A DNA stretch of 24,000 bases from Enterococcus crotali (GCF_000633635.1 NZ_AYPQ01000007.1:109194-133193), one strand, 5' to 3'. Positions 1 through 10,226 are shown, counted from the first letter of the stretch. Notes: generated by a model not told the origin, from the sequence alone. Program-made: numbers and translations.

Positions 1-126
1 GTTTCAAAAAAAACGATTGACGAAGCACCAAAAGCGTATAAGCCGATGAAACAATTAATGAAAGATGTGAAGGATACGATGGATATTCAAGAGGTGATCC
101 GTCCTTTGTATAATTTTAAAGGATAA
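1..126 (+). CDS. 3' end of an unidentified protein-coding gene (5' part lies outside the window)
   Basis: Frame 1 is open from the window edge to TAA at 124-126 (...KAYKPMKQLMKDVKDTMDIQEVIRPLYNFKG*). I could not recognise the family from 41 residues. Confidence 0.4.
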   Translation, partial: VSKKTIDEAPKAYKPMKQLMKDVKDTMDIQEVIRPLYNFKG

Positions 127-302
127 GAGGCGTGGATTTGAACAGATAGTTTTATTCAAAAGAACGAAATGAGAGAAAATTTTAGGGTTGACATGATCAA
201 AAGCGTTGCTTTTTCAAAAAAATCATTTGATGTATATAATGGGGGGACAGTATCAGTGTTTACTGAAATAGAAAAGCCTATTTAAGAAAGGATGGTTCGA
301 AG

Positions 303-1162
303 ATGCCTAAATTTTCTCCCTGTTTATGGTTTGATGGAAAAGTAGAAGAAGCAGCTGAGTTTTATGTGAATGCATTTGAAGAGGGAAAAGTTAATAAGAT
401 TGATTACTATGTAGATAGTGAACATCAGCCCAAAGGATCAGTACTGACGATAGCTTTGACACTTGCAGGACAAGAATTTATTTTACTAAATGGTGGGCCA
501 GAATTCCAGTTGACCCCTGCAATTTCATTTTTCGTAGAATGTGAGACAGAAGAGCAAATCAATAAGTTATGGGAAACCTTAAGTCACAATGGTGAAGTCT
601 TGATGGAATTTGGTGAGTACCCATTTAGCAAAAAATATGGTTGGTTGAATGATCGATATGGTGTTTCATGGCAATTAGTTTTAGCAGGTACACCGCAATC
701 GATTGCTCCTAGCTTTTTGTTTGCTGGAGAACAATTTGGCAATGCAGAAGAAGCGATGCATCAGTGGATCGATATTTTCGGTGAAGGGCAGGTAGAATAT
801 GTTCAAAAAAATCCTGATGGCACGCTAGCCCAAGCTTTATTTACGATGCATGGACAACCGTTTCGTGTCATGGATAGTGGTGAAGCACATGATTTTACTT
901 TTACGATGGCGACGTCATTTTACATCTATTGTAAGGATCAAACAGAGATTAATCAATTGTGGGAGCAGTCACTGCCAAAGGAAAAGAATGGCCATGCGGC
1001 TGGATGGAAGATGAGTATGGTGTCTGTTGGCAGACAGTGACCAATGATTTAGAAGAGCTATTGGATAATTCTGATCCTGATAGAGCGTATCGCGTGATGC
1101 AAGAATTGTATAAAATGAAACGAATCGATATATCTGCGTTGAAGAAAGCGTATGAAGGATAA
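303..1162 (+). pseudogene. Two-domain PhnB/VOC-superfamily protein (3-demethylubiquinone-9 3-methyltransferase-like domains), frameshifted as sequenced
   Basis: ORF 303-1040 starts MPKFSPCLWFDGKVEEAAEFY, and its first domain ends ...KKYGWLNDRYGVSWQLV. The equivalent ending of the second domain (TAKGKEWPCGWMEDEYGVCWQTV) is only readable in the frame of ORF 959-1162. One base appears to be missing near 966-968. The repaired length would be about 286 aa. A weak SD (AAAGGA) sits about 10 nt upstream of ATG 303. Confidence 0.7.
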
Positions 1163-1250
1163 GAAATATTCTAAGATTAGAGGTTGGTTTCGTTCTCACT
1201 TATTTCCGAAAGGATTGCTTCTGCTCCCACCGTTTATCCAGATTCCACAT

Positions 1251-1285
1251 GAGTGGGACATGACTCGAAGAGTTATGTCCCACTC
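1251..1285. terminator. Hairpin between convergent genes (candidate bidirectional terminator)
   Basis: GAGTGGGACAT (1251-1261) pairs perfectly with ATGTCCCACTC (1275-1285) around a 13-nt loop. A T-rich tract follows on the + strand. The hairpin lies between the stop at 1162 (+) and the fni stop at 1295 (-). Confidence 0.45.
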
Positions 1286-1294
1286 ACTCTTTCT

Positions 1295-2341
1295 TTATTT
1301 ACTTCTCTTAGCAAATGGCTGATAAGCAATTCCACGGCTTTCACACCAATGAATAATCTCACTAGAAAAAATAATATCCGTTGTGGTAAGCTCAGTTGTG
1401 GTTGTTTTGCCAAGCAAGGTATATAACATTTTAAGTTCATCTTCCCATTGCTGAACAAGCTCGATTGTTTCATCTACCCCATTTGTCATCAGGTGATTTA
1501 AAATAGTTCCTGCGACGCCCACACTTTTAGCCCCAAGACTAAGAGCTTTGACGATATCCAACGACTGACGAACACCACCTGAAGCTAAAACAGTTATGTC
1601 TCGTTGCCAGTTCACTGACTCTAACAAGGAAAGAACAGTAGATTGTCCCCAATCAGTTAAAAATCCTAATTCTCGTTTTTTTCGACGGGCATTTTCAATT
1701 TGTGTAAAGCTCGTTCCGCCTTGACCGCTGACGTCGACCGCTTTTACACCGCGCCAGACTAATTGTTCGATCGTTTCACTACTCATGCCAAAGCCAACTT
1801 CTTTTACAATAACTGGAATAGACAATTGCGAAACAATATCTTCAATATTGTCCAGCCAGCCATGGAAATTTCGATCTCCTTCTGGCATGACCAACTCTTG
1901 TGGTACATTCACATGAATTTGCAGTCCATCAGCATGAAAAAGCTCGACCGCTCTTTTGGCCTTTTCTAAAGAAAGTCCAGCACCAATATTTGCCAAAATC
2001 ACACCGTCTGGATTTTCTTTGCGCATGATTTGATAACTCTCTGCTAAGTCAGGGTTTTTCAAAGCTGCATTGACTGATCCTGTGGCCACCATCACGCCAG
2101 TTTCTTTTGCGATGATGCCAAGCTTTTGATTGATGTCTTTCGCACGCTCACTGCCGCCTGTCATAGCATTGATATAAAAAGGTTGTTTCAAGGAAAAACC
2201 AAGAAAAGACGCTGAAATATCGACATCATCCATTGCTATTTCTGGAAAGGAATGATGGACGAAACGAATTTGATCAAAGTCGTTGGTTTTATCTTTATGA
2301 AAGGCTTTTGCTAACGAAATGTGTTCATCTTTTCGATTCAT
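1295..2341 (-). CDS. fni: Type 2 (FMN-dependent) isopentenyl-diphosphate delta-isomerase
   Basis: The translation has TIM-barrel IDI-2 hallmarks ([22 protein letters not shown]) and the gene is the last in the mevalonate operon. I prefer the ATG at 2341 ([10 protein letters not shown]...), which is preceded by AGGAAAAAG. The longer ORF start at 2371 would sit deep inside mvaK2. Confidence 0.9.
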   Translation of the reverse strand: MNRKDEHISLAKAFHKDKTNDFDQIRFVHHSFPEIAMDDVDISASFLGFSLKQPFYINAMTGGSERAKDINQKLGIIAKETGVMVATGSVNAALKNPDLAESYQIMRKENPDGVILANIGAGLSLEKAKRAVELFHADGLQIHVNVPQELVMPEGDRNFHGWLDNIEDIVSQLSIPVIVKEVGFGMSSETIEQLVWRGVKAVDVSGQGGTSFTQIENARRKKRELGFLTDWGQSTVLSLLESVNWQRDITVLASGGVRQSLDIVKALSLGAKSVGVAGTILNHLMTNGVDETIELVQQWEDELKMLYTLLGKTTTTELTTTDIIFSSEIIHWCESRGIAYQPFAKRSK

Positions 2342-3422
2342 CTTTTTCCTGCTTTCCGTAAAAGTATACATGCAATGGTAAAGGAGTGATTCCTTCTTTT
2401 TCCCAAGAACTCATCAAAGGTAAAATGCCGGATTTTTGTTTAAACAAGACGATACCGCAATCACCGCCACCTGCACCAGAAGATTTCGCTGCACCACCAC
2501 AAGTTTGTGCTAAATTACATAATTTTTTTAAGGCAGGTGTTTCGATCGTAACGCCTGTGATCGATGTTAGCTGTTGGAGTAATTGTCGATTTTTTCGTAT
2601 TTGCGTTTGGATCAAAGAAATATTTTCCGTATTAAAACCTGTAATCATTGTTTCGACACACGTTTTACTGTCATCTAGAAATTGTTGATAGGCTGTTTCT
2701 TGCACTTCTTTGGACTGGTTGACTTGATCTACTAGATCAGAAGTGGAAGCAGGGCTGCCTGTCCAACCAATTAAAAGACGTAGTTTTTTTGGAACAGTCA
2801 ACGGTTGGATCATTAATTTTGGCCAAGTTGCTTGAAGCAACGCTGTTAGCGCTTGTTTTTGGACTTGTTCTGAAACCCAGTCATGGTCGAAAGTTGAAAA
2901 AGCGATCCATCCTCCGTAGCAGCTTGCTGCGATATCACCACAAGAACCATTTCCTTGAACCTCTAAATGAGCTAGTGCAGAAAGTTTGAAGATCTCTTCT
3001 TCCGTGAGATTTAAACCATAAAAGAGCCCCAATGCTTTTACAGTTGCCACAGTGACCGCACCGCTGGAACCTAAACCGTATTTGCGTCCGTTTGAACTAT
3101 CTAACTCACTAGTAACTTTCAAGTGATAAAAAGACAACTCTTTATTTTGCTCTTGCGCATATTTTTCAGTTAAACGAATCGCTGCTAAAACATAGTGAAA
3201 AGGATTTTCTCGAATATCAAGAACTAGTTCGTTGTTTCTTCTAGTCCAGCGCACAGGTAGCGAGCTGTATTGAGCAGACTGAATACTACCGACATTTTCT
3301 GCTGTTTCTAGAGTGACCATTACAAATTGATCCACGGCTACGATAATCGCTGGGTGTCCTGGTTCAACAACAGCATACTCGCCAGCAATAAACAGTTTAC
3401 CTGGTGTAGAAACTTCTATCAT
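2325..3422 (-). CDS. mvaK2: Phosphomevalonate kinase (GHMP kinase family)
   Basis: 365-aa ORF starting [27 protein letters not shown], with the GHMP motif GLGSSGAV. Its ATG overlaps the mvaD stop (ATGA at 3419-3422). Confidence 0.9.
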   Translation of the reverse strand: MIEVSTPGKLFIAGEYAVVEPGHPAIIVAVDQFVMVTLETAENVGSIQSAQYSSLPVRWTRRNNELVLDIRENPFHYVLAAIRLTEKYAQEQNKELSFYHLKVTSELDSSNGRKYGLGSSGAVTVATVKALGLFYGLNLTEEEIFKLSALAHLEVQGNGSCGDIAASCYGGWIAFSTFDHDWVSEQVQKQALTALLQATWPKLMIQPLTVPKKLRLLIGWTGSPASTSDLVDQVNQSKEVQETAYQQFLDDSKTCVETMITGFNTENISLIQTQIRKNRQLLQQLTSITGVTIETPALKKLCNLAQTCGGAAKSSGAGGGDCGIVLFKQKSGILPLMSSWEKEGITPLPLHVYFYGKQEKDESKR

Positions 3423-4417
3423 AATTCTTCCGACCTTTCTATAGGCATCAAGGTAATTCCTGGTCCAGCGTACGCTGTGATCAGCTTTTGCTCAGACAAA
3501 TGATCTGCTAAAAAATTCTTTAAAGCAGTCAGGTTTTTCTTTTCGACTAAAATTTTAACATTTGGTCCAGCATCCATCGTAAAGTAACAAGGCAAACCTT
3601 CTTGACGAGCTAAACGTACGCATTGCATGACTTTTAAACTTTCAGGTGACCAATAAGTAAATGGTGGAACGGCCGCCAAAGTAGTGCCATGCATGCGTAA
3701 CCCATTGGCTTCAGTAACTTCACCTAACGTATTAAAATCTTTTTCCTTGATTGCTTGTTTGGCTGCTGTTAAATCGGGTTCAACATTGTCTAACCAACCA
3801 GAATAAAAGCTTGATGTTTCAACTGTTCGTTTCATACCATCGCGGCTGGAAATATCTTTTACACCATCATCGACTAAAACGAATATCATGGCTAGTTCAT
3901 CCTCCCAATTATCCGAAGGAACCGTTTGAGCAAATGAGGTCTGATCGGAGTCGCCTTTTTGCCATTCGGCAAATCCCCCGAAAATACTGCGGCAGGCAGA
4001 TCCTGAACCGCGTCTAGCCAAGCGAGATAACTCTGTTTCAGTTAATTGTAAATCTAATGCTTCGCTACAGGCACCAGCTAGAGCAGCTAAACCGCTAGCA
4101 GAAGAGGCAAGTCCTGCTGCTGTAGGTACAAAGTTTTGACTGTCAACTTTTGCAAATAACGATAAATTTTTCTGTTTGCGAACCATATCTAAAAAGTTGG
4201 AAATTTTTTCTGTTTGCTTAGAATCTTGTTTTTTCCCATCTAAAAAGAAGATATCTTCAGTTAATGTTTCATCAAAATGAACACTGGTTTCCGTATAAAA
4301 AGCATCTAGTGTCAAAGAAAGACTGCTGTTCATTGGTAGTATCAACTGTTCATTTTTTTTACCCCAGTATTTAATTAGCGCAATGTTTGTATAGGCTCGT
4401 GCTTTTCCAGCGTACAT
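3419..4417 (-). CDS. mvaD: Diphosphomevalonate decarboxylase
   Basis: Translation from ATG 4417 (MYAGKARAYTNIALIKYWGKKNE...GLASSASG...) is typical MVD. The SD GGAG sits upstream. The start overlaps the mvaK1 stop as TAATG (4415-4419). The ORF-track start at 4498 lies inside mvaK1. Confidence 0.9.
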   Translation of the reverse strand: MYAGKARAYTNIALIKYWGKKNEQLILPMNSSLSLTLDAFYTETSVHFDETLTEDIFFLDGKKQDSKQTEKISNFLDMVRKQKNLSLFAKVDSQNFVPTAAGLASSASGLAALAGACSEALDLQLTETELSRLARRGSGSACRSIFGGFAEWQKGDSDQTSFAQTVPSDNWEDELAMIFVLVDDGVKDISSRDGMKRTVETSSFYSGWLDNVEPDLTAAKQAIKEKDFNTLGEVTEANGLRMHGTTLAAVPPFTYWSPESLKVMQCVRLARQEGLPCYFTMDAGPNVKILVEKKNLTALKNFLADHLSEQKLITAYAGPGITLMPIERSEEL

Positions 4418-5361
4418 TAATTTTTCACTCCTAATGATTGAATCCAAGTGGCTTTTGCGCCAGCTGCTCCTAATGCGGCAGCAATTTTTCCTGCGCATGC
4501 TTTAGAATCAGCCAAAGCGATCATACAACCGCCACGGCCGCCACCTGTTAATTTTGCTCCTAAAGCGCCGTTTTCTAGAGCAGCGGCAACTAATTGATCT
4601 AATTGGTCATTGCTAACGGTCAATGCTTTAAGTTGTTCTTGTGCTTGATTCATGACATTTCCTAATGTATGAACATCATCTGCTAAAATAACCTGTTTGG
4701 CACGTTTAGTCAAGCGGCCTAGCTCAGTAATATGTCGAGCGACTGCTGGTCTATTTTCATCAAAAAGATGAGCAACATCACGAACAGCAGCTCTTGTTTG
4801 ACCTTTGATGCCCGTATCAGCAACGATCAAAAAAGCATTGGAAACATTCATTGGGAACGTTTCTAATGGATGGCCTTTTATGAAAAATAGTGGTTCATTT
4901 CCGCTAGTGGCCGCTGCATCAATTCCGCTAGGATTGCCGTGAGCTATTTTTTCTGCACGATTGACTAACTGTAGCAAGGTATCTGGCGCACAAAAAGTAT
5001 TGAAATAATCAAATAGTCCACGAACGATAGCAACAGCAGTTGCAGCACTCGATCCCATACCACGCTCTGCGGGAATCGTACTAGTAATAGTAATCTTTAA
5101 CGTCGCATCTTCTTGATGAAGTGTCATCAAGGTTTGGCTGATGGCTTCTTTGATACTTTTTAATTGGGGAGGAATTTCCGAAAGTCTCCCTGAAAAATAA
5201 TCACAATCTAAAATCATGGTAGGATTAGCTTCAACTTTTGTTGAAACAAAGGTCTCTTGAAACGGAAAAGCAATCGCTGGTTCACCGTAAACAACAGAAT
5301 GTTCCCCCATCAATATAATTTTTCCAGAGGCTTGCCCATGACCGATTTTTTCTTTATTCAT
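4417..5361 (-). CDS. mvaK1: Mevalonate kinase
   Basis: 314-aa ORF with GKIILMGEHSVVYG and GMGSSAATAV GHMP motifs. It is the first gene of the operon, downstream of a 440-nt AT-rich intergenic region. Confidence 0.9.
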   Translation of the reverse strand: MNKEKIGHGQASGKIILMGEHSVVYGEPAIAFPFQETFVSTKVEANPTMILDCDYFSGRLSEIPPQLKSIKEAISQTLMTLHQEDATLKITITSTIPAERGMGSSAATAVAIVRGLFDYFNTFCAPDTLLQLVNRAEKIAHGNPSGIDAAATSGNEPLFFIKGHPLETFPMNVSNAFLIVADTGIKGQTRAAVRDVAHLFDENRPAVARHITELGRLTKRAKQVILADDVHTLGNVMNQAQEQLKALTVSNDQLDQLVAAALENGALGAKLTGGGRGGCMIALADSKACAGKIAAALGAAGAKATWIQSLGVKN

Positions 5362-5761
5362 TTTAATAAACAGTCCTTTTATTTAAAATATCAGATGCGT
5401 GATGATCCAAGGGATAAGATAAAAAATCATGGATTGAACACCTTAATTTACGTTTATTTTATTAAGAGTACTATAAACGATTCTTACCAGTAAAACACCC
5501 AAAACAGTCTAGTTATAAGCAAATAGTAGAATAAAACCAACAAATAAACCTGGTAGTACCCTATGAGAAATATTTTTTTAGCTAAGATCCGCATTTGGCG
5601 GTCATAGTTCATGATAATAAAGTATGTAGTAGTATGGAAGTTCATGTACCTGAGAAATGTTCTCAACCTACACTAGTTTACCAAAAAAAGATATGAAGTA
5701 AAATTTATAGTTTCTATATTAAGGAAAAAATTAATTTCTTATTAATATCTGTAAACAAATA

Positions 5762-5795
5762 ACTTAGAGCAAAAATCTTAAATTTAGCTCTAAGT
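5762..5795 (-). terminator. Candidate intrinsic terminator after the pentapeptide-repeat gene
   Basis: ACTTAGAGC (5762-5770) pairs with GCTCTAAGT (5787-5795). On the minus strand the hairpin is followed by TTATTTGTTT. Confidence 0.45.
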
Positions 5796-5805
5796 ATACT
5801 TTCTC

Positions 5806-6441
5806 TTATTCTTCAATAACTAAGCCTAAGCCAGCAGCAATCGTAATTGCTTGCTCTTGTGTTACTTTTAACCCTTTGAGTAACTCTTGAGAAAAAGCAA
5901 TTCTTTCAAAGGTACTCTTGGTCAAATCAAGACCAGCTAATTTTGTATGAAACCAATTACTACCAGTCACTGAACAGCCATCAAGCAAAAGGTTATTCCA
6001 AGCAACTTCAACAAATTCTGTATCATTTAAACTTGTTTGTTTGAATTGAACCACTTTTTGATTGGTTGCACTGAAAGAAGTATAGTCTGCTAAACAATCT
6101 TCAAAGAGACAATCCCGCAAATAACTTTCGGCAAAGTTTGTACCAGTTAATTTACATTGGCGAAAATGGACTTGATGAAAGCTTGCGCCGATCCATTCTG
6201 TATTTGAAAGATCACAATGATCAAAAATAACATTGCTACATTCAAAACGCTCCAAATGATTCCGATTCATCGTCAATTTTTCAAACTGACATTCTCTAAA
6301 AACTAAATTACGGACATCTTGATAACTTAAATCTTGTTCTTTTACAAATAGACCCTCAATGATTACTTCATCATCTAAAGAAATAAAATCTGTTTCAGTC
6401 AGTTTAGGTAACAATGGGGCAATCGGCTGCTTGATTTTCAT
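5806..6441 (-). CDS. Pentapeptide-repeat protein
   Basis: Runs of A(D/N)LXX-like pentapeptides (CDLSNTEWIGASFHQVHFRQCKLTGTNFAESYLRDCLFEDCLADYTSF...). I prefer the ATG at 6441 (MKIKQPIAP), 7 nt after GGAGGG. The ORF-track start at 6456 lies upstream of that SD, so the longer ORF would read through it. Confidence 0.75.
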   Translation of the reverse strand: MKIKQPIAPLLPKLTETDFISLDDEVIIEGLFVKEQDLSYQDVRNLVFRECQFEKLTMNRNHLERFECSNVIFDHCDLSNTEWIGASFHQVHFRQCKLTGTNFAESYLRDCLFEDCLADYTSFSATNQKVVQFKQTSLNDTEFVEVAWNNLLLDGCSVTGSNWFHTKLAGLDLTKSTFERIAFSQELLKGLKVTQEQAITIAAGLGLVIEE

Positions 6442-6470
6442 AAATAAACCCTCCAATAAATGTGATAGAA

Positions 6471-7529
6471 CTATTCTGTTTCTTTATCCAAATTTTCATT
6501 TAATTGATACGCACGATTATAAAATTTTAAACAGGTCGTTAAAACATAAGCCCCTAAAAGCCCTAAAAGACTGCCCAAAACAATCCCAATCAAACGATAA
6601 TTCAACAAACTCACTAAATATTGATGACGAGCTAAGTTAGCGAGTAATAAAGACATAGGTGTGGTAAAAAAGTTTGCGATCGCATAATTTCTTTTGATGA
6701 AAAATTCGACAGTCACAAAGAAAAAACAAATGAGAAAAATTGTTTCTAAAGAACTAAATGAAATGCTCAACAACAAAGCTGCAATCAACAATCCGATCAT
6801 TGTACCTAAGATCCTCTGAATATTCCGGTGCATGACGGCTCGTAAATTATCCCCTTGTAAAACCGCCGCACACGAAACGATCATCCAATAAGCATTTGTC
6901 AGATGTAAAGATTGGCTGATGTAGGTTGCTAAAAATAAAATTGCAGCGTAGTGCAATGCATCTAGAAGTGCCGCTGGATCTGTATAAAGTCGCTCTTGTA
7001 AGGAAACCTTTTTTTCTGGTGCGGCCGTTTCTCCTTCAATGAAGTATAAGCCGACTGCTACTAAAAGAGACGTCAATATGCCCAGTAAAACATAACTCAT
7101 CATGATGGGCACTCTATCCAAAGGAATCTTAGTCCCGCTGCCCATGGCGGTTACCATGACAATAAAAAAAGCCCCCGGCTTAGCAATTCTGTATAACCTA
7201 AATATAATTCTGGCGAAAAAAGCAACCAACGCTATAACGATAGGAATAGTCCAAGGAATATGTGTACTCAAGACACCGACTAAATTACCAAAAAGTAAAA
7301 AACCACCAACTGAACTTAGGCGGATCAGCAGCTCCTTTAATGGAAGAGTTTGGTAATAGAGAAAAGTAAAGATCCCAAGTGAGCCGAAGCTGCCAATCAG
7401 TAAGTTGTTTGAAAAATAACCAATGAATAGGGGTACAGCCATACAGATACCAGCACCAATCAAACGAAAAGGTGCTTTTTGAGGTTTATGAAACGTAGTT
7501 AATTCTTTGAAAAATGCTGAACGATGCAT
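6471..7529 (-). CDS. Polytopic membrane protein, FUSC / aromatic-acid-exporter-like
   Basis: 352 aa and almost entirely hydrophobic helices, with a general resemblance to FUSC-family proteins. SD AAGGAGTG lies upstream of the ATG at 7529. Probably co-transcribed with the pentapeptide gene, 29 nt downstream. Confidence 0.5.
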   Translation of the reverse strand: MHRSAFFKELTTFHKPQKAPFRLIGAGICMAVPLFIGYFSNNLLIGSFGSLGIFTFLYYQTLPLKELLIRLSSVGGFLLFGNLVGVLSTHIPWTIPIVIALVAFFARIIFRLYRIAKPGAFFIVMVTAMGSGTKIPLDRVPIMMSYVLLGILTSLLVAVGLYFIEGETAAPEKKVSLQERLYTDPAALLDALHYAAILFLATYISQSLHLTNAYWMIVSCAAVLQGDNLRAVMHRNIQRILGTMIGLLIAALLLSISFSSLETIFLICFFFVTVEFFIKRNYAIANFFTTPMSLLLANLARHQYLVSLLNYRLIGIVLGSLLGLLGAYVLTTCLKFYNRAYQLNENLDKETE

Positions 7530-7879
7530 CTAATCACTCCTTATAATTGATAAGAAATACGTGAACGACCTTTCAACCAGCGGATACGAGATCGTTCCAT
7601 GTTTAAAAGTGCTGAGGTTAGAGTCTATTTCTTCTTATACTAATCTAACATACTCTTTTATAAGAAGACAATCGCTTTTTAACTAATCTAGTTTTACGGT
7701 CTAGTCATGACTGAAAAAAAATAAATAGGATTGGGAGCAAAAACACCACCCTCATTTCTTTCTATTTTTTAGCCTTGGCTAAACGAGCTTGTCCAACTGT
7801 TTATAGTCATTTCTAAGAAACAGCTTCTAATGAAGATATAATTTAATGATGGAAGTATTAAGAAAAAATAAGATTATTC

Positions 7880-7908
7880 TTGATTTTTTAATTTAAAAAT
7901 TGTAAACT
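7880..7908 (+). promoter_or_regulatory. Predicted sigma-A promoter of oppA
   Basis: -35 TTGATT (7880-7885), a 17-nt spacer, then -10 TAAACT (7903-7908) with TG immediately upstream. This is the best promoter-like match in the 455-nt region upstream of oppA. Confidence 0.45.
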
Positions 7909-7942
7909 ATACCTCAGTACAATAAATAATTATTAAATTCTG

Positions 7943-7957
7943 ATTTTTCAGAAAATA
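7943..7957 (+). promoter_or_regulatory. CodY-box-like operator
   Basis: ATTTTTCAGAAAATA matches the 15-nt CodY consensus AATTTTCWGAAAATT at 13 of 15 positions. It lies between the predicted -10 and the oppA SD (GGGAGG, 7972-7977). Confidence 0.5.
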
Positions 7958-7985
7958 CTTAGGGCATTTTAGGGAGGAAAAAAAA

Positions 7986-9662
7986 ATGAAGTTAAAGAAG
8001 TCATTTGCTTTTGGATTCATCACTTTATTTAGTTTAACACTAGCAGCATGTGGTAATGGCGGCGGAAAAACAGACGATTCAGGCAGCTCGAAATCAGCTG
8101 ACGGAAAGCCTAGCGGAGAACAAATTTTCCGTGTTAATGAATTACAAGAAATGCCAAGTGCTGATTTATCAGTAGCAACAGATCAAATCAGTTTTATTGC
8201 CTTAAACAATGTGTATGAAGGAATCTATCGTTTGAATTTAGATAATGAAGCTGAACCTGCGGGCGCTGCTGAAAAAGCAGAAGTCAGCGAAGACGGAATT
8301 ACTTATAAAATTAAGTTAAACGAAAAAGCTAAATGGACTGATGGCAAACCAGTAAAAGCAGAAGACTATGTCTATGGATGGCAACGAACGGTTGACCCTG
8401 CGACAGCTTCAGAATATGCTTACTTGTATGAATCTGTAAAAAATGGTGCAGATGTCGCTGCAGGTAAAAAAGATAAAGAAGAATTAGGAATCAAAGCAGT
8501 AGGCGATTATGAATTAGAGATTACTTTAGAAAAGGCTACTCCTTATTTTGATTATCTACTAGCATTCCCATCGTTCTTCCCTCAAAGAAAAGATATTGTG
8601 GAAAAATATGGTAAAGATTATGCTGCAAACAGTGAAAATTCAGTTTATAATGGACCATTCGTATTAGACGGATTTGATGGACCTGGAACAGATACAAAAT
8701 GGTCATACAAGAAAAATAAAGAATATTGGGATGCAGATGCTGTAAAATTGGATGAAGTACAGGTGAATGTTGTAAAAGAAGCACCAACTTCATATAATCT
8801 ATTCCAAGACGGACAAGTAGATGATGTTCAATTAACTGGTGAATTAGCACAACAAGCAGCTAACGATCCACAGCTTGTAATTTTAAAAACAGCATCGACT
8901 CAATATATGGAATTAAATCAAATCGATGACAATTCACCATTTAGAAATGAAAACTTAAGAAAAGCTATCTCTTATTCAATCGATCGTAAATCATTGGTTG
9001 AGCAGATCCTAGGTGACGGTTCTGTAGAACCTAAAGGCTTAGTTCCAGCTGATATGTCTAAATCTCCAGATGGAAAAGAAGACTTTACAGAAGCTGCTGA
9101 GGATAAAATTTCTTATGATAAAGACAAAGCAAAAGAATATTGGGAAAAAGCGAAGAAAGAGTTGGGTATCAAAACATTAGATATTGATATCTTATCTTCT
9201 GATGCTGATTCATCTAAGAAAACAGTAGAATATATCCAAGGTGCGATTCAAGATAGCTTAGAAGGAACAAAAGTAACAGTAAGTCCAGTACCATTTGCTG
9301 TCCGTTTAGACCGTTCTAACAAAGGTGACTTTAAAGCAGTTATCGGCGGCTGGGGAGCTGACTATGTAGATCCAAGTAGCTTCTTAGATCTATTCCAGAC
9401 AGGGGTTCCATATAACCGTGGACACTACAGCAATGCTGACTATGACAAAGCATTAAAAGCTGCTTCAACAACCAATGCCAATGATCCTGAAAAACGTTGG
9501 GATAATTTAGTTGATGCAGAGAAAATAATCATGGGTGACATGGGTGTGATTCCACTTTACCAAAAAGCAGAAGCTCACTTACGTGCTGAAAAAGTTAAAG
9601 ATGTTGCTTTCCATCCAGCAGGCGCACAATACGATTATAAATGGACATACATTTCAGAATAA
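7986..9662 (+). CDS. oppA: Oligopeptide ABC transporter substrate-binding lipoprotein (family 5 SBP)
   Basis: 558 aa with a signal peptide and lipobox LTLAAC (Cys22), followed by a Gly/Ser-rich linker. OppA/DppA-like body, next to oppBCDF. Confidence 0.9.
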   Translation: MKLKKSFAFGFITLFSLTLAACGNGGGKTDDSGSSKSADGKPSGEQIFRVNELQEMPSADLSVATDQISFIALNNVYEGIYRLNLDNEAEPAGAAEKAEVSEDGITYKIKLNEKAKWTDGKPVKAEDYVYGWQRTVDPATASEYAYLYESVKNGADVAAGKKDKEELGIKAVGDYELEITLEKATPYFDYLLAFPSFFPQRKDIVEKYGKDYAANSENSVYNGPFVLDGFDGPGTDTKWSYKKNKEYWDADAVKLDEVQVNVVKEAPTSYNLFQDGQVDDVQLTGELAQQAANDPQLVILKTASTQYMELNQIDDNSPFRNENLRKAISYSIDRKSLVEQILGDGSVEPKGLVPADMSKSPDGKEDFTEAAEDKISYDKDKAKEYWEKAKKELGIKTLDIDILSSDADSSKKTVEYIQGAIQDSLEGTKVTVSPVPFAVRLDRSNKGDFKAVIGGWGADYVDPSSFLDLFQTGVPYNRGHYSNADYDKALKAASTTNANDPEKRWDNLVDAEKIIMGDMGVIPLYQKAEAHLRAEKVKDVAFHPAGAQYDYKWTYISE

Positions 9663-9741
9663 TCTGAACTAGTCCTAATCATAAAAATGATTGATACAGA
9701 AGCATACACCTCCAGGAACCGAATGGTTATGGGAATAAAAA

Positions 9742-9781
9742 GAAATTCACGAAAATTGGGTTTCCAAATTTCGTGAATTTC
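9742..9781 (+). terminator. Hairpin after oppA (possible attenuating terminator)
   Basis: GAAATTCACGAAA (9742-9754) pairs perfectly with TTTCGTGAATTTC (9769-9781). The downstream T tract is weak. Confidence 0.4.
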
Positions 9782-9878
9782 AACTTGTTTCTAAAGGAGC
9801 TGCTTCTGTTTCGCCATTTATTCAGCGTTTGAGCAAGTTAACAGAGAACTTTATATTTCTCTCTCTTGCTATCTTTGC

Positions 9879-10226
9879 TCATAAAAAGTAAAATAATAAA
9901 GAAACAATAGAGACAATCAGTAAAATACCTCCAGTTTCAAGCCAGTAAAGCTGATGTGCTTTACCAATCTCTGAAAATGGGATGAATTCTTTTGGTTCAT
10001 TTTTCTTTCTAAAGCGAATATGCATTTTCATAAAACGTTGGAAATTATCAAAAAATCCTGAGGACATGATCCATAAGGCCAAGCCGATAATTAAAAAGAA
10101 GAGTGAAACAATGAAGAAGGTATCAGATACAGAACGGATAGTCAGTGACTGTTTTATTATTAGGTAAGTAAAAATACCGATGCTTGAGACCGCTGAAGTA
10201 ATCAAGGGCCATTTAAAATTTTTCAT
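9879..10226 (-). CDS. Small membrane protein, DUF3899-like
   Basis: 115 aa with three or four hydrophobic segments and an SSGFFDNFQRF...RFRKK motif, which as I recall is typical of DUF3899 proteins. It lies antisense between oppA and oppB. Confidence 0.5.
   Translation of the reverse strand: MKNFKWPLITSAVSSIGIFTYLIIKQSLTIRSVSDTFFIVSLFFLIIGLALWIMSSGFFDNFQRFMKMHIRFRKKNEPKEFIPFSEIGKAHQLYWLETGGILLIVSIVSLLFYFL

Noticed and set aside
959-1162. Treating ORF 959-1162 (67 aa), ORF 18899-19141 (80 aa), ORF 20618-20965 and ORF 22727-23314 as independent genes.
   Set aside because: Each is the continuation of the upstream ORF after a single-base frame change. The joined products are full-length family members.
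5257-5666. ORFs of 78 aa (+) and 60 aa (-) in the intergenic region upstream of mvaK1.
   Set aside because: They lie in very AT-rich, low-complexity sequence with no SD, and the translations are Phe/Tyr/Ile/Asn-rich with no recognisable family. The first overlaps the mvaK1 5' end. This is more likely promoter DNA.
7546-7560. TTGATAAGAAATA near the FUSC gene start resembles TTGATAAAAAATC at 15728-15740 (about 13 of 15 over the surrounding stretch).
   Set aside because: The mismatches fall early in the would-be guide, the exact identity is shorter than for the -35 site, and there is no obvious promoter logic.
7799-7825. Ordered blocks GTTTA..GTC..ATTT..CTAAGAAA upstream of oppA (after a TTTAT) resemble GTTTAGTCGATCATTTGTCTTTTTCTAGGAAA at 15661-15692. 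I considered this as an alternative target or a second scaffold relic.
   Set aside because: The alignment needs several gaps, and the longest ungapped identity is 6-7 nt. That is not distinguishable from chance in AT-rich DNA.
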